Below are positions 55,101 to 63,535 of a DNA stretch of 64,000 bases, in pieces. The notes under the pieces are model-generated. The model was not told where the DNA came from. It ran no database searches and saw only the letters and a list, made by a program, of their open reading frames with translations. Made by a program: the position numbers and the translations under genes. Position 1 is the stretch's first letter. Each line of letters begins with the position of its first letter. Source of the stretch: Bythopirellula sp. (lineage in GTDB: Bacteria > Planctomycetota > Planctomycetia > Pirellulales > Lacipirellulaceae). The stretch is taken from NCBI GenBank assembly GCA_965216565.1, contig OZ244170.1:3744001-3808000 (forward strand), written 5' to 3'.

Positions 55101-56411
55101 ATGCGTGGGCTCGTCCGCCAGGTGACGCTCAATATCTTCGGCCAATGCGCGGGCCGACTCATAGCGCTCGTGCGGCTGGCGGGCCATCGCTTTCAGGCAA
55201 ATCGCTTCCAGCGACTTGGCGATCTGTGGATTCACTTCGCGAGGCTTTTTAAAGGCCCCCGACTGCACGGCCGAAAGAACCACACCCACATCAGCCCCGC
55301 CAAATGGCGGCCTGCCGGTGAGCACATGATAGAGCGTTGCCCCCAAACTGTAGACGTCGCTCGCGGCACCTAGCTGATGGATAGCGCCCGCAGCCTGTTC
55401 GGGGCTCATATAACCGGGTGTGCCGATGGTCGATCCCATTTTGGTCGGTGCGGAATCATCGGCGGAGGCGGGTTGCAGAGTCGATTCCGGAGATCGCAAT
55501 TCCGAATCTCGATGTTCAGTTCCAACCTTGGCCAGCCCCCAATCGACCACCAGCGTTTCGCCGTAGCGACCCAACATGATGTTGCCGGGCTTCAGGTCGC
55601 GGTGCAGTACCCCACGACTATGAGCGTACTCAAGCGCGTCGCACACGTCGATAAATCGCCGCAATAACTTCCGCAACTCCAATTCATAACCGACTTGCTT
55701 GGGGTCGCGACCCAACGTGCGATGAAATGTCTCGGTGGCATCCTGCAAGCTATCGCCGCGGATGAAACGCATGGCGTAGAACGGTCGCCCATCGGCATAG
55801 TGCCCCAATCCGTACACGGGAACCACGCCCGGATGCTCCAACCCGCCGGTGACCTCGGCCTCCAGGACGAATCGATTGCGACTACCGGGATCGTCGGCGT
55901 AACGCGGTTGCAGTTCCTTGAGAGCCACTTCGCGAGAAAGCTCGTCGTCGACCGCCACCGACACTTGGCCGATCCCACCTTTGGCATGCATTCGCACGAC
56001 ACGAAATCGCTCTGCCGCGGAGGGAAACTCTTTCGAAACCGACGAAGGGCCCACCTGGGTCGAGTCCGGCACCCGCGTTGCCGTCGAGGGTAAGTGGGCG
56101 AGACTGGCATCGACCGCCGCCACCCCGAGCGTCTGCAGTTCATCGCCCAACGAACCAACGCTGCTCAATGTCGCCAGGCTACGCACCGGATTGTTATCGT
56201 TGAGTTCCAGATGCTGCTGGACCAGGGCATCGACTAACTCCTTGGTCTGCTGACTAAGCGCACCTTGTCGGTGCAAGATTTCACCCAGCGACTCATCGTC
56301 GGAAGTGGTTTTCTCCCGCACGGCGGCTACGAGCGCATCGCGTTCTACCAATCCCATCTGCACGGCCAGAATACCGTAGAGCAAATCGCGATCGGAAAAG
56401 CTGGCTGCCAT
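52173..56411 (-). CDS. Hanks-type Ser/Thr kinase with TM helix and WD40-like propellers
   Basis: GGIGQV, VALK, HRDLKPGN, DWGLAK, GTPGYMSPEQ; TM; H..DV..VDFSPDGKRLAS..D...FW repeat. Confidence 0.93.
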   Translation of the reverse strand: MAASFSDRDLLYGILAVQMGLVERDALVAAVREKTTSDDESLGEILHRQGALSQQTKELVDALVQQHLELNDNNPVRSLATLSSVGSLGDELQTLGVAAVDASLAHLPSTATRVPDSTQVGPSSVSKEFPSAAERFRVVRMHAKGGIGQVSVAVDDELSREVALKELQPRYADDPGSRNRFVLEAEVTGGLEHPGVVPVYGLGHYADGRPFYAMRFIRGDSLQDATETFHRTLGRDPKQVGYELELRKLLRRFIDVCDALEYAHSRGVLHRDLKPGNIMLGRYGETLVVDWGLAKVGTEHRDSELRSPESTLQPASADDSAPTKMGSTIGTPGYMSPEQAAGAIHQLGAASDVYSLGATLYHVLTGRPPFGGADVGVVLSAVQSGAFKKPREVNPQIAKSLEAICLKAMARQPHERYESARALAEDIERHLADEPTHARPDTIGQRIQRWTRRHRGFTGAAAAGLLLVAAVSAFAFFAVSAERDEARTQRDRAVASEEQAKQSAEEAVAARALAEQQEARAARVAYNSTLSEAGRLLGTDPMMARSLLENEDRCPSALRDFLWHAMHHQTVREERSVPLERPNSFVMAYSPRGDLLALGGVTNEVELRDAESGKINAILQSGMDEVVELHFSMDGKNLAMVSRQEGYEKEVPTALGTMFVEVWDLTTNQLRIERQYDQPWRETITAKESGFVNQNLTSEVEYAQNYPEYLRNTSLPVDEYGEQQSRWHRLTDQDLQSGDETTKYFSPGAGTKIQGTVKIGPAIVACFCETEAGGFLWTYHSDTEQTKLFPLGSEEAEMDLLPLAVSEEEVAFFGMSVGGMFENVYSLLDIETALFDADVSYYELDLVQGTQIRGAEYGRFRSGMFIDYQRNRFAALDKQKSRLAMLLDRRPLIQVAELDNPSRIHRIPAHRGDVVNVDFSPDGKRLASVGLDQFLRFWNLDDICQDRTETVSAFHRPGRVLLAPEADQFILLAVGPDPPEFDPNAEQAPNANTEVPEEQQTPFFQLQLIDLSEGTAQATHDFFNPPQRNISQRSGFAGAINMINEVVANSLAGMFTSHPVGNIGTEIVASADGKQLVMATHDRLLAFDLEAGTGDELWGPLYQDPQQRQDLSDIAVSDDLKFFATLNTREKQVKVYDFKSRELFWELPPLEGEPISLQFVPSSRALAVFSESKTASDPGLTTVMETWDLEAKSSKSVDLPTLDIDGYCTFSEDGRRVVAFSKFIRQASVIDTNSGETLSEINLARNEPLGMLPGTELLMLQAEGGRLQFWDTVLDQYRTELQVFDGELVSEVVFSRDRETLVILGVEGSLRLLGADRLRDDLADVRNLIERAPEFPDGKPEAQFRDTTVEQLLETGEFGRAQLPVIEILDEMPELPPAIQQPAVWQNHDDSNVPFPPAPAPLPPAPVIDPNA

Positions 56412-56614
56412 TGCCGCGTCTCGGAGATTCCTGATAGCAAGGGCAGAGATCGACTAACTGCCACTAAATATATCGTAATTGAATCCCGCAAAATTCTCTA
56501 CGCGTGCTAGTGGAAGCGTAGAAACACCAGCGGCCAGCGCTAATCTGTTTAAGCGCTGGCCGCGGCGACGTTCATTGGCTTTGGCGACAGAGCCATGGCC
56601 CTGTCCCAGGTTGG

Positions 56615-56848
56615 CTAATACTCCAGGTATCCACCTGCCAACAGTCGATTCGTTGGGACGTGGGCCTGGTAGTTCTCCAGATCGATTGGCAAATCGAACT
56701 CGGCTTCCAACTCGCCCCGTAGCACCCGCACGTGTTTGGGGGCATCGATGCCGAGGCGAATACTCTTGCCTTTGATACCGACAACTTTCACGGTGATATC
56801 GCCAGCTATTTTAATCTCTTCTCCAAGTTTGCGACCTAATACTAGCAT
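56615..56848 (-). CDS. csrA: Carbon storage regulator CsrA family protein
   Basis: MLVLGRKLGEEIKI..DITVKV....SIRLGIDAPKHV.VLR.E; GAGGAGG SD. Confidence 0.92.
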   Translation of the reverse strand: MLVLGRKLGEEIKIAGDITVKVVGIKGKSIRLGIDAPKHVRVLRGELEAEFDLPIDLENYQAHVPTNRLLAGGYLEY

Positions 56849-56941
56849 GACTCGAACCTCCTCTTTTTGATTATCTCTGGAAACCAGCATCGTTGCAGCA
56901 CTGCGCAACGTACTAGTGAATTGCCTAGGAAAACAACCGAT

Positions 56942-57304
56942 TCACTTCTTCGCTAGAAAAGCAGAAGCAACGGGTGGCCCACGGCAAGAGAAAATCGGTT
57001 GAGCGACAGAAATGCCCAACCAGTCTCGAGCAGTCTCGATTCGACCGAGAAATTGTGGAGTAAGAAACTCGCCGAGATAAAGGCGACAACCGACTAACTT
57101 TCGCAGCCCGAGAACATGGCTGGAACGCTTGCGACGGCGACGACGCTTTTGGAGAGACGTGAGCTCTTGCTTGGCAAACTCGCTCTGCAGAGGTTGATCG
57201 GAGCGAACCACTTGGTTCGAATCGGCATCCGACCCGCAACTTTGTTCAAGCTGGGGAGAGGTGCAACCTAACAAGCACAGAAGTTTGAGGATATTACAGA
57301 GCAT
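56942..57304 (-). CDS. Putative leader ORF with C-proximal RGPP motif
   Basis: AAGGA SD 6 nt before ATG 57304; hydrophobic Cys-containing N-terminus; ..SCRGPPVASAFLAKK*. Confidence 0.5.
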   Translation of the reverse strand: MLCNILKLLCLLGCTSPQLEQSCGSDADSNQVVRSDQPLQSEFAKQELTSLQKRRRRRKRSSHVLGLRKLVGCRLYLGEFLTPQFLGRIETARDWLGISVAQPIFSCRGPPVASAFLAKK

Positions 57305-57435
57305 TGCCAATCCTTGGCGTGCGGCAGAGAGAAGTTCTCCAAGCCGACTTTAACCTTCCTTAGTCAAACTAGAACGCGGTGAATTTTTCTGAGTGGAGGC
57401 GATCGGACAATCGCCCCCGTGGTTCAGACGCACAC

Positions 57436-57465
57436 AATATGTTCGCACGCACCTGGATGCGTCAA
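57436..57465 (-). promoter_or_regulatory. Putative promoter upstream of leader ORF and csrA
   Basis: TTGACG-18nt-CATATT. Confidence 0.45.
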
Positions 57466-57539
57466 TCGCAATTTTTTGCGGGTGAATGTATTGCTAGCAG
57501 AAGCCCCCAATGCCTTCACTCTGCAACACGGCGTTGCAA

Positions 57540-58124
57540 TTACTCCTCAGCTTCCTGAATTACTCGGATCGATCGAAACAGGAACAACGCTCCCACCACG
57601 CTGCCCGCAAACGCTAGTGCCATGTCCTTTTGCGGATCCCACAGATCTCCCTGCTGGCCGTTGTAAGCTTCGGCGTAGTCGGGAGCCATCGTCACAGCGA
57701 TGGCCCATTCGAATATTTCATACAGCGCGCTAATCCCTAGGATTGCAGTTACCGCCAGACAAACGCTCGTCCAGCGGGAAAGTCGGCCATAGCGCATGGC
57801 GACTTCGGCGATCGGCCCCACCCACAGCGCCCCAAACGCAAAGTGCACGAGCCGATCGTAGTGATTCCGCTCCCAGGAAAACCACTCCGAGATGCTGCTG
57901 CCAAACACCGCCGCCGTCCACTCGTCGTACGGCACATACGAATAGATATAGCGGGCACCCAAAATGTGCAGCCACAAAAACACCACCAGGCAAACGAACG
58001 AAACCCTCGAAAGCCACTGCCTGCGCTCACAAACCAGCAACAGCGCAAGCGCCAACACCGTGGGCGAATTCTGCATCGGTTGCAGAGACAGATACGGCGC
58101 CCCCACTAGGGACAGAGCTAGCAA
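57540..58124 (-). CDS. DUF2238 (YjdF-like) inner membrane protein
   Basis: LHILGARYIYSYVPY, RNHYDRLVHF, YEIFEW, GQQGDLWDPQKDM; start uncertain because hydrophobic in-frame residues continue upstream without a canonical start. Confidence 0.88.
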   Translation of the reverse strand: MLALSLVGAPYLSLQPMQNSPTVLALALLLVCERRQWLSRVSFVCLVVFLWLHILGARYIYSYVPYDEWTAAVFGSSISEWFSWERNHYDRLVHFAFGALWVGPIAEVAMRYGRLSRWTSVCLAVTAILGISALYEIFEWAIAVTMAPDYAEAYNGQQGDLWDPQKDMALAFAGSVVGALFLFRSIRVIQEAEE

Positions 58125-58188
58125 AACAACGGTGATCAGGACCAGAAAAATTGCACTATAGCCTAGAACCTAGGTCTTTCACCAAGCT

Positions 58189-58794
58189 CTAAATACGTCT
58201 ACGCAAGATCCAGGGAATACTTCCTGCGGCAACCAATAGAAACGAAGACGGCTCTGGAGAAATTAGAAAATCGACCGAGTAAGCAGTTAGTTCGTTACCG
58301 GTTTGCTGAATGTGATACGTGTACGTTCCGTGTCCAAGCGGAAGTGAAAAGCCTGACCCACCTGTCGAAGCGGCTGCAAGTGCTGGAAGCATGTCGGTTC
58401 CGGGAGGTAGAGGATCGAGATGGTTACTGCCGAGAAAACTGCCGATGTTACTCCCGCTGGGAATAAGACTCGAATCACCTGCGATGATCGCGTGAAACCC
58501 TCGATCACCCCCACCACCACTAAGCACATCTGTGTAATCGCGCTGGACTAAGCGTGACAGTATTTGACCCCGAGCAATTGTGAAAGTTAGGTAGTCGCGG
58601 GTATCGCCGGACGCTTGCACGGTGCCGTTGATGATGTGATTGAATCTGCCTTGGGTAAAGACCACGGGTGTGGGATTTGCAGGATCACTGGAGAGATCGC
58701 CATCTACACTTTCGTCGTAGTCGACGAATGCGACCGCAGAAAGACTAAGTGAAACGAAAGCCACGGCGAAGAGAAAGAATCTTTGGAACATCAT
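58189..58794 (-). CDS. PEP-CTERM-like exported protein
   Basis: Signal peptide; YDESVDGDLS; C-terminal SPEPSS-TM-RRR. Confidence 0.82.
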   Translation of the reverse strand: MMFQRFFLFAVAFVSLSLSAVAFVDYDESVDGDLSSDPANPTPVVFTQGRFNHIINGTVQASGDTRDYLTFTIARGQILSRLVQRDYTDVLSGGGGDRGFHAIIAGDSSLIPSGSNIGSFLGSNHLDPLPPGTDMLPALAAASTGGSGFSLPLGHGTYTYHIQQTGNELTAYSVDFLISPEPSSFLLVAAGSIPWILRRRI

Positions 58795-58960
58795 TTCGAA
58801 TCTCCTGCTGGTTGGATCGAACTTCAGTGCATTAGCCTTCAGGGATCAATAGCGTGGACTGACTTCCTAAATTAACAATTCTTCTCCAGGATTACCAGAA
58901 ACTTCTGGTGACAAGCTGTACTTTCACACCCAATCGGTGAACTGCTTCACAGAATACACC

Positions 58961-59434
58961 TCAGTCCGGCTTACACACGTCCGAATTCAAATCCTTGCTC
59001 ATCCGCACGTGCTTCAAGTCGTGAAACATCGTCGGCCCGTCACCAACAATTTCGTAGCCCAACCGCTCGTAGAATCCGACGACTGCTTCCCGCGCGTTGA
59101 GCACAATCTGCGCAGCATTTTGTTCTCGGGCGATCGTTTCCAATTGTTCCACTAGGCTTCGGCCGACGCCCGATCCCTGCGCGGCCTCGTCGACTGCCAT
59201 GTAGCGAATTTGCGATTCCTCAGGAGAGTTGAAATGCAAACGGCCCACACCCAACAGTCGTCTGGTTTCATCACGCACCGTCACGTGAAAAGCCCTGGCA
59301 CCGGGCTCATCAAACTCGTCCCGCTCCGAACCGTGCGGCTGATTGAGAAATTTGCGTAACACCTGCCAACGCAACTCGAAATACTCATCGAGTTCTGCAG
59401 GAGTTTTCGGACTACCGAGAATAAGATCGCTCAC
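58961..59434 (-). CDS. GNAT acetyltransferase (YiiD N-terminal-like)
   Basis: LRWQVLR, QIRYMAV..AQGSGVGR, NARE.VVGFYERLGY. Confidence 0.9.
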   Translation of the reverse strand: MSDLILGSPKTPAELDEYFELRWQVLRKFLNQPHGSERDEFDEPGARAFHVTVRDETRRLLGVGRLHFNSPEESQIRYMAVDEAAQGSGVGRSLVEQLETIAREQNAAQIVLNAREAVVGFYERLGYEIVGDGPTMFHDLKHVRMSKDLNSDVCKPD

Positions 59435-59533
59435 GACACGATTCTCGTCTGCAGGAAGTGAAGAGTCGAGGGCACTGCTGGCTTAGTAAGACAGACGGGT
59501 TGAAATTTGCTGCCTCAATTTCCATCCAGTTTT

Positions 59534-59628
59534 GTAGGGCGAGCTAAAGCGAAGCGGAAGCCCACCGATTCTAGCTGGTTGGAATCTCATCAAACGGTGG
59601 GGCATCGCTGCGCTGAGGTCCACCCTAC
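59534..59628. repeat. GTAG-type REP pair
   Basis: gtagggcg..agcgaagcg..gcccacc ... ggtggggc..cgctgcgct..caccctac. Confidence 0.7.
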
Positions 59629-59642
59629 GACTGTCATCCTGT

Positions 59643-61172
59643 CTAAACGAACCCGCGACGATTCAAACAGAGAATCAATCCCATCGAAATCAACATTACC
59701 GACGTGGGCTCGGGCACTACCGTGGTCGAGGACGACCCGGCTCCCAAGGAATCCGTGTACTGCGTCTGCCAGGCGAGAAAATCGAAGCCGTCAATCCGAC
59801 GATTGCTATCGCTATCCCCATTGCCATGAGTAGCGCCGGTGGCCAAGCCGTAGTTGGTAGTCCAACGAGTAAGATCGCTCTGACCCACGATTCCATCTTC
59901 GTTGAAGTCGGCACCTTGGATCGGCTCGGCACCAATTAAATCGATCAGCATATCATCGAGCAGCCCCCGCCATTGTCCCCACGAGTGCCCTTCGCTGCGT
60001 TGCGTGAACGTGAAGTCGTATCCATTCGCATTGAGCAGGTTGGTAAAGTTCACGCCGCCACTGCCGTCGCCGATAGTGCCCGCTGTCACGTAGAGATCCA
60101 CCTCGTTCTGCAGCGACTGCGAAGCGTACAGATTGAAGATACTGGAAAAATTCGAAGGCGATTGCACCGCGATATTCTCAAACACATCGGAGCGTGTCGC
60201 CCCAAAGTAGGCTGAGTTCACGCCACCGAGGGATGTTCCCAAAATCGTTCGACCGGTTGCCGAATCCAACGTGCGGTAGCCGGCATCGATCTGCGGCACG
60301 AGTTCGTCGGCTACGAAGCTGGCGAAATTCGAGTTCCCCGTGTATTGGTCCGCCCGACGATTGGTGCCATTGGAGGGATCGCGCGGATCGATAAAGACGG
60401 CCATCGTCGGTTGCAGCAGGCCTTGGTCAATCAAGTTATCGAGCACCACAACGGTGCTGCCCAAATGGTCGGCGGAATACTCGTGCCCATCGGTGACATA
60501 GACCACCGGCAAATTCTTCAGCTGCGCGGCGTTGTATCCGGAGGGCGTGTAGACTCGGTAGTTCACGTCATAGCCCAGATTGGAACTAGCCGTAGTTATG
60601 TTGCCAGTCAGGGTACCTTGGGGGACGCCCGCTTGCCGAACTGTTTCCTGGGGAAACTCATAGCTCGGCATCCGCAGCTCGCTGTTGGGTCCGAAACCGC
60701 CCCACATTTGCAGTGAATTTGCCGGGTCGAGAATCCATTGTCCGCTGCGGACAACCTTGTAGTCGAGCCGCGCATCGCTGGGGAACGTCTTCTCCAAAAT
60801 CCACAAGTCGGTGCCGGCAAACTGCGTCCCCTGCCAACCGGAGGAAGATGGATTCCAGCCGTTAAAATCACCAGGCCAAGCGACGCTACCCGCCGACCCT
60901 CGATACAGAAACGCTACTTGGTTGTCTTGGGCGTAAGGCACCTGCCCGGCATTTTGCAAAGTGGACCACAGGCTGTTGAGCGCCGCGGTCCGCTGCCCGG
61001 GGTCGGCAATGCCAACAGTAGAAAGCAAATCGCTCTTGAAGTCGGCATACGATGGATAAATGGTCTGCCGAACGTAATTAGGATCCGGCGGCGACTGCGC
61101 CTGTGAATTCTTCACCGATAGGCAGCAGGCTAGCGCGACCAGCGCCCAGATGAATTTTGTTTTTTTAGGCAT
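59643..61172 (-). CDS. Fes-type esterase with N-terminal CBM48-like domain, dockerin-like tail and PEP-CTERM
   Basis: VAWPGDFNGW..YKVV..G.W.LDP.N; VYTP.GY; GTSLGG nucleophile motif; EGHSW; ADFNEDG..FLAWQ; VPEPTS-TM-RR. Confidence 0.88.
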   Translation of the reverse strand: MPKKTKFIWALVALACCLSVKNSQAQSPPDPNYVRQTIYPSYADFKSDLLSTVGIADPGQRTAALNSLWSTLQNAGQVPYAQDNQVAFLYRGSAGSVAWPGDFNGWNPSSSGWQGTQFAGTDLWILEKTFPSDARLDYKVVRSGQWILDPANSLQMWGGFGPNSELRMPSYEFPQETVRQAGVPQGTLTGNITTASSNLGYDVNYRVYTPSGYNAAQLKNLPVVYVTDGHEYSADHLGSTVVVLDNLIDQGLLQPTMAVFIDPRDPSNGTNRRADQYTGNSNFASFVADELVPQIDAGYRTLDSATGRTILGTSLGGVNSAYFGATRSDVFENIAVQSPSNFSSIFNLYASQSLQNEVDLYVTAGTIGDGSGGVNFTNLLNANGYDFTFTQRSEGHSWGQWRGLLDDMLIDLIGAEPIQGADFNEDGIVGQSDLTRWTTNYGLATGATHGNGDSDSNRRIDGFDFLAWQTQYTDSLGAGSSSTTVVPEPTSVMLISMGLILCLNRRGFV

Positions 61173-63286
61173 GGGAATCTCCTCGTTCTACAGTTCAGTA
61201 TTCCCACGCACCCGAGCAAAAACAACCCCGCAGAACCCGCCTCCGGCACGGCGCTAACCGCAGCCGGGGACGGCACGACCCCCAAACCAAACTGCTGCTG
61301 CCAAATGAGAAAATCGAGCCCGTCGCTGCGCCCATCACCATTGGCGTCGCCGACGTCCGTGCTGGCATAAGCGGTTTCCCACAGACCGAGGTCGTCGCTA
61401 TCCACGTCGCCATCCATATCGAAATCAGCACTGGCCAGAAAGTCGGAAAGAACGATGGCGTTAGGATCGAAACCACTGCCCAAACCGTAGTTCACCTGAA
61501 ACGAACCCCAGTTGCCGATAGTCGATAAACGCCCACCATTGGCGACGTTGTCGAGCGAACCGGTGAGAATCGAAGCCGTGAGGACAGTGAATGTGTCGAG
61601 GGAGCTCGGGTAGAATTTACCGCCCCCGATGTCGAGTAGTGAAATCTCCAGATCGCCGCCCAGCGAGGCCGCGCTGCTCACTGCCAGTTGATCGTATTGC
61701 GTTCCGACCGTTGCGCCACCAATTTCCAGGGCTAGGCTGCTACCGCCCAATTGTGAGTAGGAACCGCCAATCGATAAAACGCCTGCTGAGAGCCCGGGCT
61801 CCACCCGACCGCGAATCTGCAGGTTGGAAGTGGTCGAAACCTGGCCGTCACCTGTCAGCAAGCCATTCTCTTCGACCAGAATCAACGCGGCCGACATTTC
61901 GCCGCCATTCGAGACGATTACGGTCCCCTGGCCGTCGTCGCCAATGACTTCGACCCCGGTGATGCTCCACAATGATCCGGCGCCGTCCACGACCACAGTT
62001 CCTTCGCTGCCGGCGTCTTCTCCTACCTGTCCACTGTCGTTGGTGACCGTGCCACCATTGAGAATTTCCAGTCGACCCACGCCTTCCCTACCGACCGAGA
62101 AAATACCACTCATATTCCATGCAGAATTGGGATCGCTGATCCGAGCGAAGCCATTGGAAGTCGCGCCGAAGGTACCCAGAAAGCCACTGCCGCTGGCAAC
62201 CACTCCGCCATTGAGAGCGTAAAGTTCACCATGGCTTCTAGATCCAACCTGCAGGTCAGGGGTGATATCCCAGAGAGATCCGGCACCGGTGATCGTGGCT
62301 GTGCCGGAAGCATTGGCTTGGATCCCAATAAAGGAGGTATCATTGTTCGTCATTCCAGCACCATTGCGAATAGTGAGATTACCCGTCCCAGAATTTCCAA
62401 GTGTCACTTGCCCTCCGCTATTGTCCCAAGTCGAGGCGTCGAGAGTCAGCTCGCCTACGGAATTTGAGTTCAGTCCGATTGCCGTCCTGGTTGCTGTGAT
62501 CGCCGCACCATTTTGCACAGTCATCGTACCCTGGCCAGTCGAGCCCACCGTGATCACCTGCGTACTGTTCCAAGTGGCATCGTCCACCAGCGCAGTACCA
62601 ACAGCGGTGGCAAGGTTACCTATGCCGCCCCCGTTGCTCGAGAGTTCGGCACCGTCCAGTAGCATAAGATCTCCTTCGCCACGGAAACCAACCACAAAGG
62701 TGGAGTTCGTACTCCACGTGGTGTTGGGATCACTTATCGTGACCTCGCCGCGAGACCCCGCTTGTGCCCCCAGAAAGGTAAGCCCCGACACCTGCACTTG
62801 ACCGGCGCTGTCCAGCGTGAAACTCCCGTTACCTACGTTGCCAACCTGCAGTCCAGGCGTCAGCCCCACCCCTCCAGAAAAGTCGGCAACGGACCCAGCA
62901 CCGCTCACGGCGATCGACCCCCCCGAGTCTGTGGTTACTGTAGAGGTAGCTGTTGGGGTGCCGCTACTAACAGTCAGGTCGTCGAACTCATCGGGGCCTC
63001 CGTTGGGGTCCCAGTTGGCTGGGTTGAACCAGTCATTGTCACTGGCATCGTTATCGAAAGCACGAACCACCGCCCACGATGGGTTGGTCGAGACGGCCGC
63101 AAACAGGATGGCTATGCTTAGCGCTAGCTGGCAGAGATAGGTTACAGGAAACGAAATCGGTTGAATCTTATTCAAGGTTGCCACATCATAGGTGAAGTTA
63201 GATTGTTGGTAATCGATCATTCCCTGGATAAGGAATGAAACTGGGGGCGATTGTATCGCAAATTCTGGATAGTAATAGATCTCCAC
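61130..63286 (-). CDS. T5SS/PEP-CTERM-associated repeat protein with dockerin-like tail and PEP-CTERM
   Basis: Repeated VG..G.G.L.I.NGG.V..IG..G.GS.W units; ADFDMDGDVD..FLIWQQQFG; VPEAG-TM-RTRR; true start probably downstream of 63286. Confidence 0.85.
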   Translation of the reverse strand: MEIYYYPEFAIQSPPVSFLIQGMIDYQQSNFTYDVATLNKIQPISFPVTYLCQLALSIAILFAAVSTNPSWAVVRAFDNDASDNDWFNPANWDPNGGPDEFDDLTVSSGTPTATSTVTTDSGGSIAVSGAGSVADFSGGVGLTPGLQVGNVGNGSFTLDSAGQVQVSGLTFLGAQAGSRGEVTISDPNTTWSTNSTFVVGFRGEGDLMLLDGAELSSNGGGIGNLATAVGTALVDDATWNSTQVITVGSTGQGTMTVQNGAAITATRTAIGLNSNSVGELTLDASTWDNSGGQVTLGNSGTGNLTIRNGAGMTNNDTSFIGIQANASGTATITGAGSLWDITPDLQVGSRSHGELYALNGGVVASGSGFLGTFGATSNGFARISDPNSAWNMSGIFSVGREGVGRLEILNGGTVTNDSGQVGEDAGSEGTVVVDGAGSLWSITGVEVIGDDGQGTVIVSNGGEMSAALILVEENGLLTGDGQVSTTSNLQIRGRVEPGLSAGVLSIGGSYSQLGGSSLALEIGGATVGTQYDQLAVSSAASLGGDLEISLLDIGGGKFYPSSLDTFTVLTASILTGSLDNVANGGRLSTIGNWGSFQVNYGLGSGFDPNAIVLSDFLASADFDMDGDVDSDDLGLWETAYASTDVGDANGDGRSDGLDFLIWQQQFGLGVVPSPAAVSAVPEAGSAGLFLLGCVGILNCRTRRFPCLKKQNSSGRWSR

Positions 63287-63535
63287 ATTTTTCCAGATTG
63301 GACGAAGCCAAAACGGTCACTTGGTGGAAAGTCCATGAACCGCGACAATGCAAGCTGCGCCAGTCATCTATTGGTCGGACGTCGACTCGTCCATTGATAG
63401 CAGTCGCCCAAAGTATGCGTCTGCACTGTGATTTATCTGGTAACTTTCCGGAGTCACTTGCCCGCGCTTCACTGGCAAGTGACAATCATGCTAACCCAGA
63501 AATTCGCACCCTACGTAACACGAAGGAATTCCGTT

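Noticed and set aside
56849..57420. CsrB/RsmZ-like sRNA next to csrA
   Set aside because: Too few GGA motifs on either strand.
58125..58182. Possible frameshift or pseudogene at the DUF2238 gene 5' end
   Set aside because: The TTG at 58124 gives an almost complete protein; evidence is insufficient to call a lesion.
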